The notes beneath the pieces were generated by a model. It had not been told where the DNA came from. It did not search any database and saw nothing but the letters and a program-made list of their open reading frames with translations. Made by a program: the position numbers and the translations under genes. A DNA stretch of 32,814 nucleotides, taken from a virus (Duplodnaviria > Caudoviricetes). Position 1 is the first letter of the stretch. Each line of letters begins with the position of its first letter. This document shows, one piece after another, positions 1-8,170 of the stretch. The stretch covers positions 1 to 32,814 of IMG/VR virus record IMGVR_UViG_3300033067_001362; one strand, 5' to 3'.

Positions 1-148
1 TCACGCGCTGGGCGCGCCGGCGCTGAGCTGCACGCCATATCTGTGGGTCGGTCGGCACGTGGCCGTTGTCGTAGGTGCCGGTGCCAAAGCGCGGGTCATC
101 CGCGCCATACAGTTCATTCGTCTTTTCGACAGTTGCGTTTGTCGCCAT
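1..148 (-). CDS. Hypothetical phage protein; only the 5' part is present (MATNATVEKTNELYGADDPRFGTG...), runs off the window
   Basis: ATG at 148 lies 3 nt after the upstream gene's stop, with an AAGGA SD-like site; frame open to the window edge. Confidence 0.6.
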   Translation of the reverse strand, partial: MATNATVEKTNELYGADDPRFGTGTYDNGHVPTDPQIWRAAQRRRAQRV

Positions 149-151
149 GGA

Positions 152-457
152 TTACTTATTCCTTGCCACGATCGGCAGATAGATGCGGATGGATTCAGCG
201 GGCGGCTCTCCAATCTCCAGCGACGGCGGGCAGATCGCTTGCGCGCCGCCCAGCACGCACACGACCTGCCCCGGCGCCGCGCCGTGCGCCGGCCGCGATG
301 AGGCGGCCAGCACAACGGCAACGAGGAGGAAGAGAAAACCCAACCCGACAATCAGCGAGATTACGCGGCTGCGACGCTTGCGGCCGTAGCGGATCGCGCC
401 GATGCTGATGCGCGTCTCGATGTGGCCGCCCACGACAGCGGAGCTAAGGCGCTTCAT
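152..457 (-). CDS. Small membrane/secreted protein with Chloroflexi-type C-terminal YLP-x-V-x-R motif
   Basis: Basic stretch plus hydrophobic helix (VISLIVGLGFLFLLVAVVLAA); ends IRIYLPIVARNK; ATGA overlap with the upstream gene. Confidence 0.7.
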   Translation of the reverse strand: MKRLSSAVVGGHIETRISIGAIRYGRKRRSRVISLIVGLGFLFLLVAVVLAASSRPAHGAAPGQVVCVLGGAQAICPPSLEIGEPPAESIRIYLPIVARNK

Positions 458-660
458 GCCGTCGCCCCCTTTTCGGCCTCTGTGGCTTTCGCCTTGGCTT
501 GCTGAGCGGCAAGCTTCTTCGCTGCGGCTATCAGCGCTCGGCCAAATGAACGATCCGCGCCCATTTGGCTGCTGCCAACATAGCCGCCGCCCTTGTGGAG
601 TCGTGCGCCGCGGCGCTTGGTGCGCTCGGCGGGTTTGTCGTTGTTGTTTTTAGCGTTCAT
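454..660 (-). CDS. Small basic hypothetical protein (MNAKNNNDKPAERTKRRG...)
   Basis: 3' part of the 454-1314 frame; ATGA overlaps at both ends fit a coupled operon. Confidence 0.6.
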   Translation of the reverse strand: MNAKNNNDKPAERTKRRGARLHKGGGYVGSSQMGADRSFGRALIAAAKKLAAQQAKAKATEAEKGATA

Positions 661-947
661 GATGTGGCTCGGTTGGTGTGTGTTGGTTGCGCGGCGTGCT
701 GTGCGGCGCACTGGGCGCGCCAGGCTTTCAGCAGCTGCTTGCTCACTTCTTCGCTGGGCTTGGGCATCTGGCCGATGCCTTCCAGCCAGGCATACAACTC
801 GCGGTCGCGCTCGGCGCTGATTGCGTAGAGATCGAACCGGTGCATCCAACGTTCCTCGGCCGCGGCGTCGATTGCATCGATGGCAGCCAGCACGTCGGCG
901 GTTGGTTTGCCGTTTTGGCGAGACGACGCCAGAGGTATCTGGTTCAC
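657..947 (-). CDS. Hypothetical protein
   Basis: GTG start overlapping the upstream stop (GTGA), GGAGG SD, chained in the operon. Confidence 0.65.
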   Translation of the reverse strand: MNQIPLASSRQNGKPTADVLAAIDAIDAAAEERWMHRFDLYAISAERDRELYAWLEGIGQMPKPSEEVSKQLLKAWRAQCAAQHAAQPTHTNRATS

Positions 948-1510
948 GCCGGCACCTCCGCTTCATGCGTGCCGTCGGTGCCGTCGGTGCCGTCGAGCGA
1001 CACGTCGGTGCTGAGGTCAATCCCCGCCCCGTTGATGGGGGGAGCATCAGACGAGGCGGGGGCGTCGCAATTAGCTGATACAGGCACGCTCGCCTGCTCA
1101 ACTGAACTGCCATGGTTGGCGCTCGCGTTGGCGCGCTGGCTATCCAGCGCAACCGCCACGAGGAGATTGAGGTAGCGCAACATGCGCACATGGCGCTTGC
1201 GCAGCGCGTTGATCTCGGCGTTCTGGTGCTCGATCGTGTCGTTGGCTGCTTCGAGCAATTCGTGCGCGCTGGCCGCGTTGGCAATCGCTTCGCTTTCGTC
1301 GCTATTGGCCGCAACCGTCATTTCGACCGGCGTGTTCAACATGTTGCACACTTCGAGCGCGAACGCAGGATCGACAAACGTGGCGGCCAGGTCGCCGGCT
1401 GGGTTGATCAGTTGAGCGTCTTGCTCATTCATGACCACGACCCAACGCGCCGGATACTCGATGAGCGCTTCGCCGAAGCGGTTGGTATTGGTGAGGATGG
1501 CGGGAGTCAC
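944..1510 (-). CDS. Hypothetical protein with coiled coil and low-complexity tail
   Basis: GTGA-coupled start at 1510; heptad-like HELLEAANDTIEHQNAEINALRKR; DGT repeats. Confidence 0.65.
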   Translation of the reverse strand: MTPAILTNTNRFGEALIEYPARWVVVMNEQDAQLINPAGDLAATFVDPAFALEVCNMLNTPVEMTVAANSDESEAIANAASAHELLEAANDTIEHQNAEINALRKRHVRMLRYLNLLVAVALDSQRANASANHGSSVEQASVPVSANCDAPASSDAPPINGAGIDLSTDVSLDGTDGTDGTHEAEVPA

Positions 1511-1959
1511 GCTTGCACCCCCGTGCGCAGCGCGTCGCTGATGAGGTCGACGGCGGCGGGCATTACCCACTTGATGTAGGTGCGCTGTGGATTTCGGCCA
1601 GCAGCCGTGGCGACGATCGCGAGAACGCGAAACTTGCCGCGGCTCCTGGGTTGAGGGTTGCTTTCCCAGTCGATCATCCAGCCGGCCGCCACGGCCGCGC
1701 TGGTCTTCTGAGTTAACACAGCAAGCGCCGGTGCGAGGTTGCTGGGTGCGCGCTCGACGGCGAAAGCCGCGGAGGCCAATGCATCAAAAGCAGAGAGCAT
1801 TGGGTCGGCTGCGCGAGCAGCGCTGCGGGCTTGGTCGATCCAGTGCGACGGCGCAACCTGCGCCGCGAGGTGATCGGGGAGAGAACGGGCCGCGTGATCA
1901 ATGCGGCTCGCTGCTTTGAAATTTTGATTGAACCAGGTATCGCCGTAGTTCGTTGCCAT
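1507..1959 (-). CDS. Hypothetical protein, first gene of the leftward operon
   Basis: ATG at 1959 with GAGGGG SD; downstream of the leftward promoter. Confidence 0.7.
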   Translation of the reverse strand: MATNYGDTWFNQNFKAASRIDHAARSLPDHLAAQVAPSHWIDQARSAARAADPMLSAFDALASAAFAVERAPSNLAPALAVLTQKTSAAVAAGWMIDWESNPQPRSRGKFRVLAIVATAAGRNPQRTYIKWVMPAAVDLISDALRTGVQA

Positions 1960-1975
1960 ACTGCCCCTCGTCTTT

Positions 1976-2011
1976 GTCATTCCCGCTGGGTTCCACGCCG
2001 GCGGGAATGAC
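1976..2011. repeat. Inverted repeat in the leftward leader
   Basis: GTCATTCCCGCTGG-N8-CCGGCGGGAATGAC, outer 11 bp perfectly paired. Confidence 0.85.
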
Positions 2012-2054
2012 TTCTTGGGTGATTGCTAAAAGAAAACTCTAGTTGTCTGATGTG

Positions 2055-2083
2055 ATATTACAGGTTGTCATACAGGTTGTCAA
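2055..2083 (-). promoter_or_regulatory. Leftward sigma70-type promoter (PL-like) overlapped by tandem operator-like repeats
   Basis: Minus strand TTGACA-17 nt-TAATAT; TACAGGTTGTCA x2 at 2059-2082. Confidence 0.75.
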
Positions 2084-2131
2084 GTGGCAATTTCGGTTCT
2101 CTTGTGTTTTGGAGGTCTACACTCCTCATCC

Positions 2132-2572
2132 GTGGCCAACACTCTGGATGACGGTTTGCTGTGGTTGGATAACCAACTGCGGGCCCTAAACATTGACGAC
2201 GCCGAAATGAGCCGACGAAGCAATAAGGCTGTAAGCAAGACAACTTTGTCCAATCTCCGCTCGGGGAACCGGGGCTTGGGCATCAGGGCAGCCAGAGGGA
2301 TAGCTACGGGGTTGGGCGTTCCCCTTGAGATAGTTATGCGTGAGTTTGGTCTCACCGAAGCTGATCCACAGGACCTCAATGAAGACGCGCAACTCTTTGT
2401 TCAACTTCTCGAAGGCATCGAAGATCAAGAAGAACGCGACCGCGCCGTTGGACTGGTTACCACACTACTCAGACATATTGCGCACCAGTCCGCGCGGAGC
2501 CATGCTGAAAAAGCGGCTGGCGGCTCTCACAAGAAAAGCCGAACGTCTGGGCGTGCTGCCACTAGTCGTTGA
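2132..2572 (+). CDS. XRE/Cro-CI family HTH repressor (no obvious S24 peptidase domain)
   Basis: HTH pattern DAEMSRRS..VSKTTLSNLRSGNRGLG...IATGLGVPLE; divergent from PL; start uncertain (GTG 2084 or 2132). Confidence 0.8.
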   Translation: MANTLDDGLLWLDNQLRALNIDDAEMSRRSNKAVSKTTLSNLRSGNRGLGIRAARGIATGLGVPLEIVMREFGLTEADPQDLNEDAQLFVQLLEGIEDQEERDRAVGLVTTLLRHIAHQSARSHAEKAAGGSHKKSRTSGRAATSR

Positions 2573-2657
2573 CGTCATCCAAATTGAACGCGGCCAGAAG
2601 GCCGGCGCGTGGGTAGCGGATGAGCGCGGCAGGCTGTGGGTGTTTCTTCACGAGTAA
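2502..2657 (+). CDS. Small hypothetical protein overlapping the repressor 3' end
   Basis: GGAG SD then ATG at 2502; 51 aa MLKKRLAALTRKAERLG... Confidence 0.35.
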   Translation: MLKKRLAALTRKAERLGVLPLVVDVIQIERGQKAGAWVADERGRLWVFLHE

Positions 2658-2732
2658 CTACTCATGCCGCTTGCCGATACCCTCTTGCCATAGACAGCGA
2701 GCGACGGCGCTGACTAGACTAGGATTCACCCC

Positions 2733-4427
2733 GTGACCACACCGGCCAATACGCTGTATTACGGCGACAACCTCAATATTCTGCGTGACTATGTCGCCAC
2801 AGAGTCGGTAGACCTGATCTACCTCGACCCGCCTTTCAACTCCAACCGCTCCTATAACGTCCTATTCAAGGACGAACGCGGCAAGGAGTCACAGGCGCAG
2901 ATCGAGGCCTTCGACGATACCTGGCACTGGAATGATGAGACCGAGACCCGCTACCGCGAGCTGGTGACGGACATTGGCGGAGACGTCGGCGCGATGATCA
3001 GCGCGTTACGCGGTGTCATCGGCACAAACCAGATGATGGCGTATCTGGTCATGATGGCCATCCGGCTGGTGGAGCTGCATCGTGTGCTCAAGTCCACCGG
3101 GAGCTTGTATCTGCACTGCGACCCGACGGCGAGCCACTATTTGAAGATCGTGCTAGATACGATCTTTGGGGCGGAGAATTTTCGCGGTGATATTACGTGG
3201 AAAAGATACAGTGCCCACAATGATGCAAAAAACACTTTTGCCGCAATCACAGACACCATTCTCTTTTACATCAAGACGGATAAGGCGCCTTTCAATGTCG
3301 TAAGAACTGGGTATGACGAGGCATATATAGAGAAATTCTTTCGGAACGTAGATGAAAGTGGGCGCCGTTACAGGGTGAATAATTTGGCAAGTCCTAACCC
3401 TCGCCCCAATCTGACATATTCATATAAAGGTTATCCACCACCCCCCAATGGTTGGCGTATTGTGCGAGAGAAAATGGAACAACTTGATCGGGAGGGGAGG
3501 CTTTACTTTCCAAAAAATCCGAATGGCAGAATTTGCTTGAAGTATTACCTTGAAGATTTGAAAGGTGTAGTTGTAAATAATCTGTGGGACGATATACCGG
3601 CTTTATCTGGCGCCCACGCCGAACGTCTCGGCTACCCCACCCAAAAGCCACTTGCGCTATTGGAACGCATCATTCAAGCCAGCAGCAATAAAGGCGACGT
3701 GGTGCTCGACCCCTTCTGCGGCTGTGGGACGGCCGTGGCGGCCGCCGAGAAACTCGGCCGGCGGTGGATCGGGATCGACATCACCCATCTGTCGATTGCC
3801 CTGCAGAAATATCGTATGCAGCAGATGTTCCCAAACATTGCCTTCAACATCGTGGGTGAGCCGGAAGACGTCGGTGCAGCGCGCCAGTTGGCCCTTGATG
3901 ATCGCTACCAGTTCCAGTGGTGGGCGCTTTCACTCGTGCGTGCTAAGCCACTGGGTGGTGAGGCGGGCAGCAAGAGCGGCAAGAAGGGCGCAGATAAGGG
4001 CATCGACGGCGTCATCAATTTCATCGACGACAGTTCGGCCAAGTCCAAGCGCGTGTTGGTGCAGGTCAAGAGCGGTCATGTGTCGAGTGCCACCATCCGC
4101 GATCTGGTAGGCACGGTGACGCGCGAGAATGCAGCGATGGGCGTGCTTGTGACCCTCGAACCTGCCACCCGCGACATGAAAACTGAGGCGGCCGGAGCGG
4201 GTATTTACCGTTCACCGGGCTGGGGCCAAGACTTCCCGCGCATTCAGATACTGACGATTGAGGAATTGCTGGAGCGCACGAACGCGGGCACGAACGCGGG
4301 CACGCCAGTGAGGATGCCGCCTCCCTTTGGCACGTTCAAGCAGGCCCAACCCACGCGGCGCACGGCCGATGACGCCGTGCAACCAGGGCTTGGCTTCGGC
4401 CTGGACGATCCCTCCAACGACGGCTAA
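2733..4427 (+). CDS. Amino (N6-A/N4-C) DNA methyltransferase, beta class, fused to a C-terminal Mrr-like PD-(D/E)xK nuclease domain
   Basis: DLIYLDPPF catalytic motif precedes YPTQKP and [11 protein letters not shown] motif; C-terminal DKGIDG...VQVKSG. Confidence 0.9.
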   Translation: MTTPANTLYYGDNLNILRDYVATESVDLIYLDPPFNSNRSYNVLFKDERGKESQAQIEAFDDTWHWNDETETRYRELVTDIGGDVGAMISALRGVIGTNQMMAYLVMMAIRLVELHRVLKSTGSLYLHCDPTASHYLKIVLDTIFGAENFRGDITWKRYSAHNDAKNTFAAITDTILFYIKTDKAPFNVVRTGYDEAYIEKFFRNVDESGRRYRVNNLASPNPRPNLTYSYKGYPPPPNGWRIVREKMEQLDREGRLYFPKNPNGRICLKYYLEDLKGVVVNNLWDDIPALSGAHAERLGYPTQKPLALLERIIQASSNKGDVVLDPFCGCGTAVAAAEKLGRRWIGIDITHLSIALQKYRMQQMFPNIAFNIVGEPEDVGAARQLALDDRYQFQWWALSLVRAKPLGGEAGSKSGKKGADKGIDGVINFIDDSSAKSKRVLVQVKSGHVSSATIRDLVGTVTRENAAMGVLVTLEPATRDMKTEAAGAGIYRSPGWGQDFPRIQILTIEELLERTNAGTNAGTPVRMPPPFGTFKQAQPTRRTADDAVQPGLGFGLDDPSNDG

Positions 4428-4452
4428 ACGCCGCCCTGCTCTACAAACAGAC

Positions 4453-4487
4453 AACACCCTGCCATATCGGCGGGGTGTTTTGTTTTT
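4453..4487 (+). terminator. Intrinsic terminator after the MTase
   Basis: AACACCCTGCC-ATATC-GGCGGGGTGTT followed by TTGTTTTT. Confidence 0.85.
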
Positions 4488-4496
4488 CCCGGAGAC

Positions 4497-4526
4497 TTGA
4501 CAAGATGTCATACAGGCAACTATAGT
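4497..4526 (+). promoter_or_regulatory. Rightward early promoter (PR-like) with a palindromic operator over the -35
   Basis: TTGACA-18 nt-TATAGT; TGACA-AGA-TGTCA at 4498-4510. Confidence 0.75.
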
Positions 4527-4553
4527 TCTCTTGTGAAAACAGGAGGCGAATAC

Positions 4554-4853
4554 ATGCCAAAGACTGAAGTGACAAAAAATCCTCTTGATCCGAACGTCTT
4601 GCTGGAGTTGCGAGGAGTGATCGAGGCCAGCCAGCTGGGCGGACGAATTCAGAGGGGTGTGAGCTGGCCCGAGGCGTTGGACGAGGCAGTGAATAGATAT
4701 CTGTCCGCGGTGCCAAATTTGACGCGCAGCGGTTTGGTGCAGCGCGCTGTTGCCAAATACCTAGGGATTGCTGTTCCTGCCCCAAAAGTGCCAGCGGCGT
4801 TCGGGAGCCGGGCCGAATACCTGCCGCTCGAAGAGGCCGAAGTGCCGGCGTAA
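4554..4853 (+). CDS. Ribbon-helix-helix (CopG/Arc-like) regulator
   Basis: AGGAGG SD; RGVSWPEALDEAVNRYL..LTRSGLVQRAVAKYL fits RHH beta-alpha-alpha. Confidence 0.65.
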   Translation: MPKTEVTKNPLDPNVLLELRGVIEASQLGGRIQRGVSWPEALDEAVNRYLSAVPNLTRSGLVQRAVAKYLGIAVPAPKVPAAFGSRAEYLPLEEAEVPA

Positions 4854-4855
4854 GG

Positions 4856-4898
4856 AAAAAGAAAAAGACGCCCTAACGTTTCTCCTCGTCTAGGCGTC
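4856..4898 (-). terminator. Minus-strand intrinsic terminator
   Basis: GACGCCTAGACG-AGGAGAAA-CGTTAGGGCGTC then TTTTTCTTTTT. Confidence 0.7.
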
Positions 4899-4941
4899 CT
4901 GTGGAAGCGACAGTGTGCACGGGCAGTTGTGCAACACCATC
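4856..4941 (-). ncRNA. Predicted ~85-nt antisense (countertranscript/OOP-like) RNA
   Basis: Lies between a minus-strand promoter (4948-4977) and a minus-strand terminator (4856-4898). Confidence 0.5.
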
Positions 4942-4947
4942 GCAACA

Positions 4948-4977
4948 ATGTTACGACATTGCGGCGCATGGTGTCAA
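4948..4977 (-). promoter_or_regulatory. Antisense promoter
   Basis: Minus strand TTGACA-18 nt-TAACAT. Confidence 0.55.
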
Positions 4978-5004
4978 GACTGACCGTGTAGGAAATACAC
5001 GGAA

Positions 5005-6051
5005 GTGAGCGACACGAGTGCAGTGAGCGCAGTCAGCGCCGTCAGTGCGAAAGCACTGCGGTTTTACAACCGTCTCAGACCCCTTGCGGTTGGCGGGCGA
5101 ATAGTGGCGCGTGGCCAGGACTTATGCGCGCCAACACAAACCGCCTACCCGCTGGTCGTGAAGTATCTGAACGAGTTGGAAGATGCCGGATGGCTGACAC
5201 GCCGCCGGCAGAAATACGGCCCGACCGAAATCCACATGCGCGCCCCGGAGCTGGTTGCCCCAGCGCAAGGCGATGCCGAACAGCAAGAGCCGGTTGCCCC
5301 GGCCGCGGCGAATGGATGGGTTGAGCCGAATGAGCCGAATGAGCCGACCGAACTCAGTGAACCAAGTCGAGAAAGTTCAGAAAGTTCAAATCGAGAAAGT
5401 TCACAAAGTTCACAAAGTTCAGAAAGTTCAGAAAGTTCATTCGAGAAAGTTCATAAAGTTCACAAAGTTCATGAAGTTCACGCGTCTGCTTCTGAAGTAC
5501 GTACTAGTACAGAAAATCAAATGCAAGCATGCATGCATGCTGCAAATCTGAACTCTGTGAACTTTGAGCCGCTGGCGGAATTTCGGCAACGGCTCATGAA
5601 CCTGCTGGCCGAGTTCAACATCAACGGCGTGCGGCGAACTCGGGTGTGCGATGCGATCTGCGCGTTGGTCATCAGTCACTTTGGAGTGGATCGCGCAGAA
5701 GAATGTTTGGTCGAGGTGCGGCGTGGGTTGGAGCATGCGAAGGCGCGAGAGACGGCTGGACTGGCCAAGAGTGCCGCCCTGGTCGGGGCCGCGATTCTTG
5801 AAGACTACGCCGAGACCGGGCAGATGCATCTGTTCCCCATCCCGTCGAGCGCCGGGAGTGCCGGGAGCGCGGTGAAAGATGGGGCGAACAAACCCGCAGG
5901 GGCTGCCGAAAGACGCAGCCGCAATGGCCGGACATACCGGCATGGGCAAGTGATCTTTACCGACGAACAGCGTCAACAAGCGGAGGCAGAAGCAAAGCAG
6001 CGATTGGCTGCGCGAGAGGCGCGCGAGGCGCAGAAGGTGGCGACGAGCTAA
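5005..6051 (+). CDS. Putative replication initiator (N-terminal winged HTH, internal repeats)
   Basis: wHTH-like VVKYLNELEDAGWLTRRRQ; central iteron array as in lambda O-type initiators; early-operon position. Confidence 0.65.
   Translation: MSDTSAVSAVSAVSAKALRFYNRLRPLAVGGRIVARGQDLCAPTQTAYPLVVKYLNELEDAGWLTRRRQKYGPTEIHMRAPELVAPAQGDAEQQEPVAPAAANGWVEPNEPNEPTELSEPSRESSESSNRESSQSSQSSESSESSFEKVHKVHKVHEVHASASEVRTSTENQMQACMHAANLNSVNFEPLAEFRQRLMNLLAEFNINGVRRTRVCDAICALVISHFGVDRAEECLVEVRRGLEHAKARETAGLAKSAALVGAAILEDYAETGQMHLFPIPSSAGSAGSAVKDGANKPAGAAERRSRNGRTYRHGQVIFTDEQRQQAEAEAKQRLAAREAREAQKVATS
5367..5481 (+). repeat. Iteron-like array / probable replication origin
   Basis: 11 copies of (A/G)AAGTTCAN in blocks of 2, 5 and 4, each block preceded by TCGAG; followed by AT-richer palindromic sequence. 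Confidence 0.8.
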
Positions 6052-6081
6052 CGTGCACGTCGCCACCAACGGAGGTGAGCG

Positions 6082-6369
6082 ATGTGCAATGTATGCAACG
6101 GATTTGAATGGATCATCGGCCTGGACGGCAAGCTGAAGCGCTGCCCCACCTGCTCGACGCCACGCCAAGTGGACTGGATCGAGCAAGCGGCGCGCATTCA
6201 CGAGCTGCGGCTGGGCATGGTCGAGGAAGCACATGACACCTCCAATGACTACGAACACGAGAGTGATGGCGTTGCCAACGGTGACGTTGAATCGGAGGCC
6301 GCCGTCGCCGCCGTCGGTGTCGGCACCGGAGCCGGATGGGCCGAGTGGGCCTTACAACTTGCGGCGTGA
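6082..6369 (+). CDS. Small zinc-ribbon-like protein
   Basis: GGAGGTG SD; CNVC...CPTC; C-terminal half overlaps the next gene. Confidence 0.55.
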   Translation: MCNVCNGFEWIIGLDGKLKRCPTCSTPRQVDWIEQAARIHELRLGMVEEAHDTSNDYEHESDGVANGDVESEAAVAAVGVGTGAGWAEWALQLAA

Positions 6370-6742
6370 GCAGCTGTATCGATTCATCGAACGCTACATT
6401 GGCGAGCACGGCATTGCGCCGACGATTCGCGAGATGCAGGCGGGCGTCGGGTATTACTCGACGTCGATGGTGTCGTATGACCTTCGGCACCTGTTCGAAA
6501 AGAAGCGGCTGATCAAGACCGCACCTGATGGCAGCGCGCGCGGCTTCACCCTGGCAGTGGCGGTCGATAGCAGCAAGCGTGTGGTGCAGCTCGAAGCGGT
6601 GCTGACCGAACTACGTGAGGCGATCCGCGAGGCGGCATTCAACGGCCTCACGATCAAAGAGGCACGGAAGCTGCAGAGTGAACTGCTGGCCAAGTTCGAC
6701 GGCGCGCTGGGTGGCGCGCTGGTCAGTGAGGTGCGTGCATGA
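6233..6742 (+). CDS. LexA-type DNA-binding-domain protein lacking the peptidase domain
   Basis: QLYRFIERYIGEHGIAPTIREMQAGVGYYSTSMVSYDLRHL...ARG resembles the LexA N-terminal wHTH; helical C-terminus. Confidence 0.8.
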   Translation: MTPPMTTNTRVMALPTVTLNRRPPSPPSVSAPEPDGPSGPYNLRREQLYRFIERYIGEHGIAPTIREMQAGVGYYSTSMVSYDLRHLFEKKRLIKTAPDGSARGFTLAVAVDSSKRVVQLEAVLTELREAIREAAFNGLTIKEARKLQSELLAKFDGALGGALVSEVRA

Positions 6743-7002
6743 TCCTGGTCGTCGAGGCGCTCGATTACGGACGAGGGCAGGTCCGATATCGAATCGAGGA
6801 CCAGTCTGGGAACGCGATCAATCGTGGCGTCCAAACATTCCACGCCACGTTGACGAGGAGACATCGTGAGTGTGAACGATTACTCGGTTCGAAAGATGCC
6901 CATTTGGAAGTCGCGTGCGCGCAATGGCCGGCCCCGTGGCCGAGCAAAGCGCGAGGCGTCAAAGCTGCGCAGATCGGCGCTCAGGCAATCGTTGCGCCGT
7001 GA
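6739..7002 (+). CDS. Hypothetical protein
   Basis: ATGA coupling, GAGGTG SD. Confidence 0.55.
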   Translation: MILVVEALDYGRGQVRYRIEDQSGNAINRGVQTFHATLTRRHRECERLLGSKDAHLEVACAQWPAPWPSKARGVKAAQIGAQAIVAP

Positions 7003-7130
7003 TTTGCAGGACGCGGTGGCGCTGGCGTAGCGCCGGAAAAGAAGTGTGCCGCTGTAGCAGCAGCGGCACGTTGGCCTCGGGGCGAGTGTCAATCTCCCTT
7101 CGGCCGGGATCAATCTTAAAGGAGTGTCAT

Positions 7131-8168
7131 ATGAATAGCAACATCGTCAACATCGTCAGTATCGACATGGGTGCCGGCGCGCTGAAGGCGTGGACGGCCG
7201 GCCCGAGCGGCGATGGCCTCCAATTCCTCTCGCAGGTGGCCCATCCCAAAAACGGCCTCGCAAACCAGGCCCTCTTTGGCTTCAGCTCGCGCACGACGCC
7301 AGTCAAGATCAAGCATGCGACGGGTGCATATTGGGTCGGTGAGGGCGCACACGATTACGGCCGCGCACTCGAACGCTTCGACCCGGAGCGTTTCACCGGC
7401 ACGCCAGAGATTCGCGCGCTCGTGTATGGCGCGCTGACTGCGCTGAAGCGCCAGGGCCTCATCACCTCGTCCAACATTTCGCTCGCCGTCGGCCTGTCGC
7501 AGGACATCGCCGAAGGGGATAAGGCGCAGGTGAACATTGACGCGGTCAAGACGTGGCTGGCGGGTGTGCATCGCTGGGAGGCGAGCGCGCCCGACGCAAT
7601 CGATGCCATGCCCGAGAAGCACATGCTCACCGTCGACCGAGTGAGTGTCACATCACAGGCCCGCGCAGTGTATGTCGATCATGTGGCCAACTGCGAAGGC
7701 GGTTTTGTGCCAGCGCGCAAGGCCGCGCGTAGCGGTGACGTCGGTGTCGTGTCCATTGGCTTCAACACCATCGAGCTGCTCGTCGTGCGCGATGGCCAGG
7801 CCGTGCCCAACAGCGCACGCAGTGAGCAGCTCGGCGTGCGGGCGCTGTTGGCCGGCGTCAACGAGACCCAGTCGCGGACGCTGGGTGAGCTTGATATCAC
7901 CTTGCGGCGCAACCGGCTCGACACCACGGCCCATTTTGACGACTGGGCGTCGCAGGTGACCACCTATATCCGCCGCGAGTGGGGCCGCGGGATTCGGCAC
8001 CTAAACACAGTGCTAGTCGCCGGCGGTGGCTCGATTCTTTTGGAAGACGAACTGCGCAACATCTTCGGCGACAAGCTCGTCACGAGCGATGAGCCGGTGA
8101 TGTGTGTGGCGCGCGGGCTGAACAAGCTGGCTGTGATCAGCTCGCGAGCCGCAGGCACCAAGGCCTAG
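7131..8168 (+). CDS. parM: ParM/StbA-family actin-like ATPase
   Basis: AAGGAG SD; phosphate-1 SIDMG...K, YWVGE, phosphate-2-like VVSIGFNT, adenosine VAGGGS, terminal ARGL. Confidence 0.85.
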   Translation: MNSNIVNIVSIDMGAGALKAWTAGPSGDGLQFLSQVAHPKNGLANQALFGFSSRTTPVKIKHATGAYWVGEGAHDYGRALERFDPERFTGTPEIRALVYGALTALKRQGLITSSNISLAVGLSQDIAEGDKAQVNIDAVKTWLAGVHRWEASAPDAIDAMPEKHMLTVDRVSVTSQARAVYVDHVANCEGGFVPARKAARSGDVGVVSIGFNTIELLVVRDGQAVPNSARSEQLGVRALLAGVNETQSRTLGELDITLRRNRLDTTAHFDDWASQVTTYIRREWGRGIRHLNTVLVAGGGSILLEDELRNIFGDKLVTSDEPVMCVARGLNKLAVISSRAAGTKA

Positions 8169-8170
8169 AC

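Noticed and set aside
454-1314. 286-aa minus-strand ORF
   Set aside because: Its upstream part overlaps two better-coupled genes; only 454-660 retained
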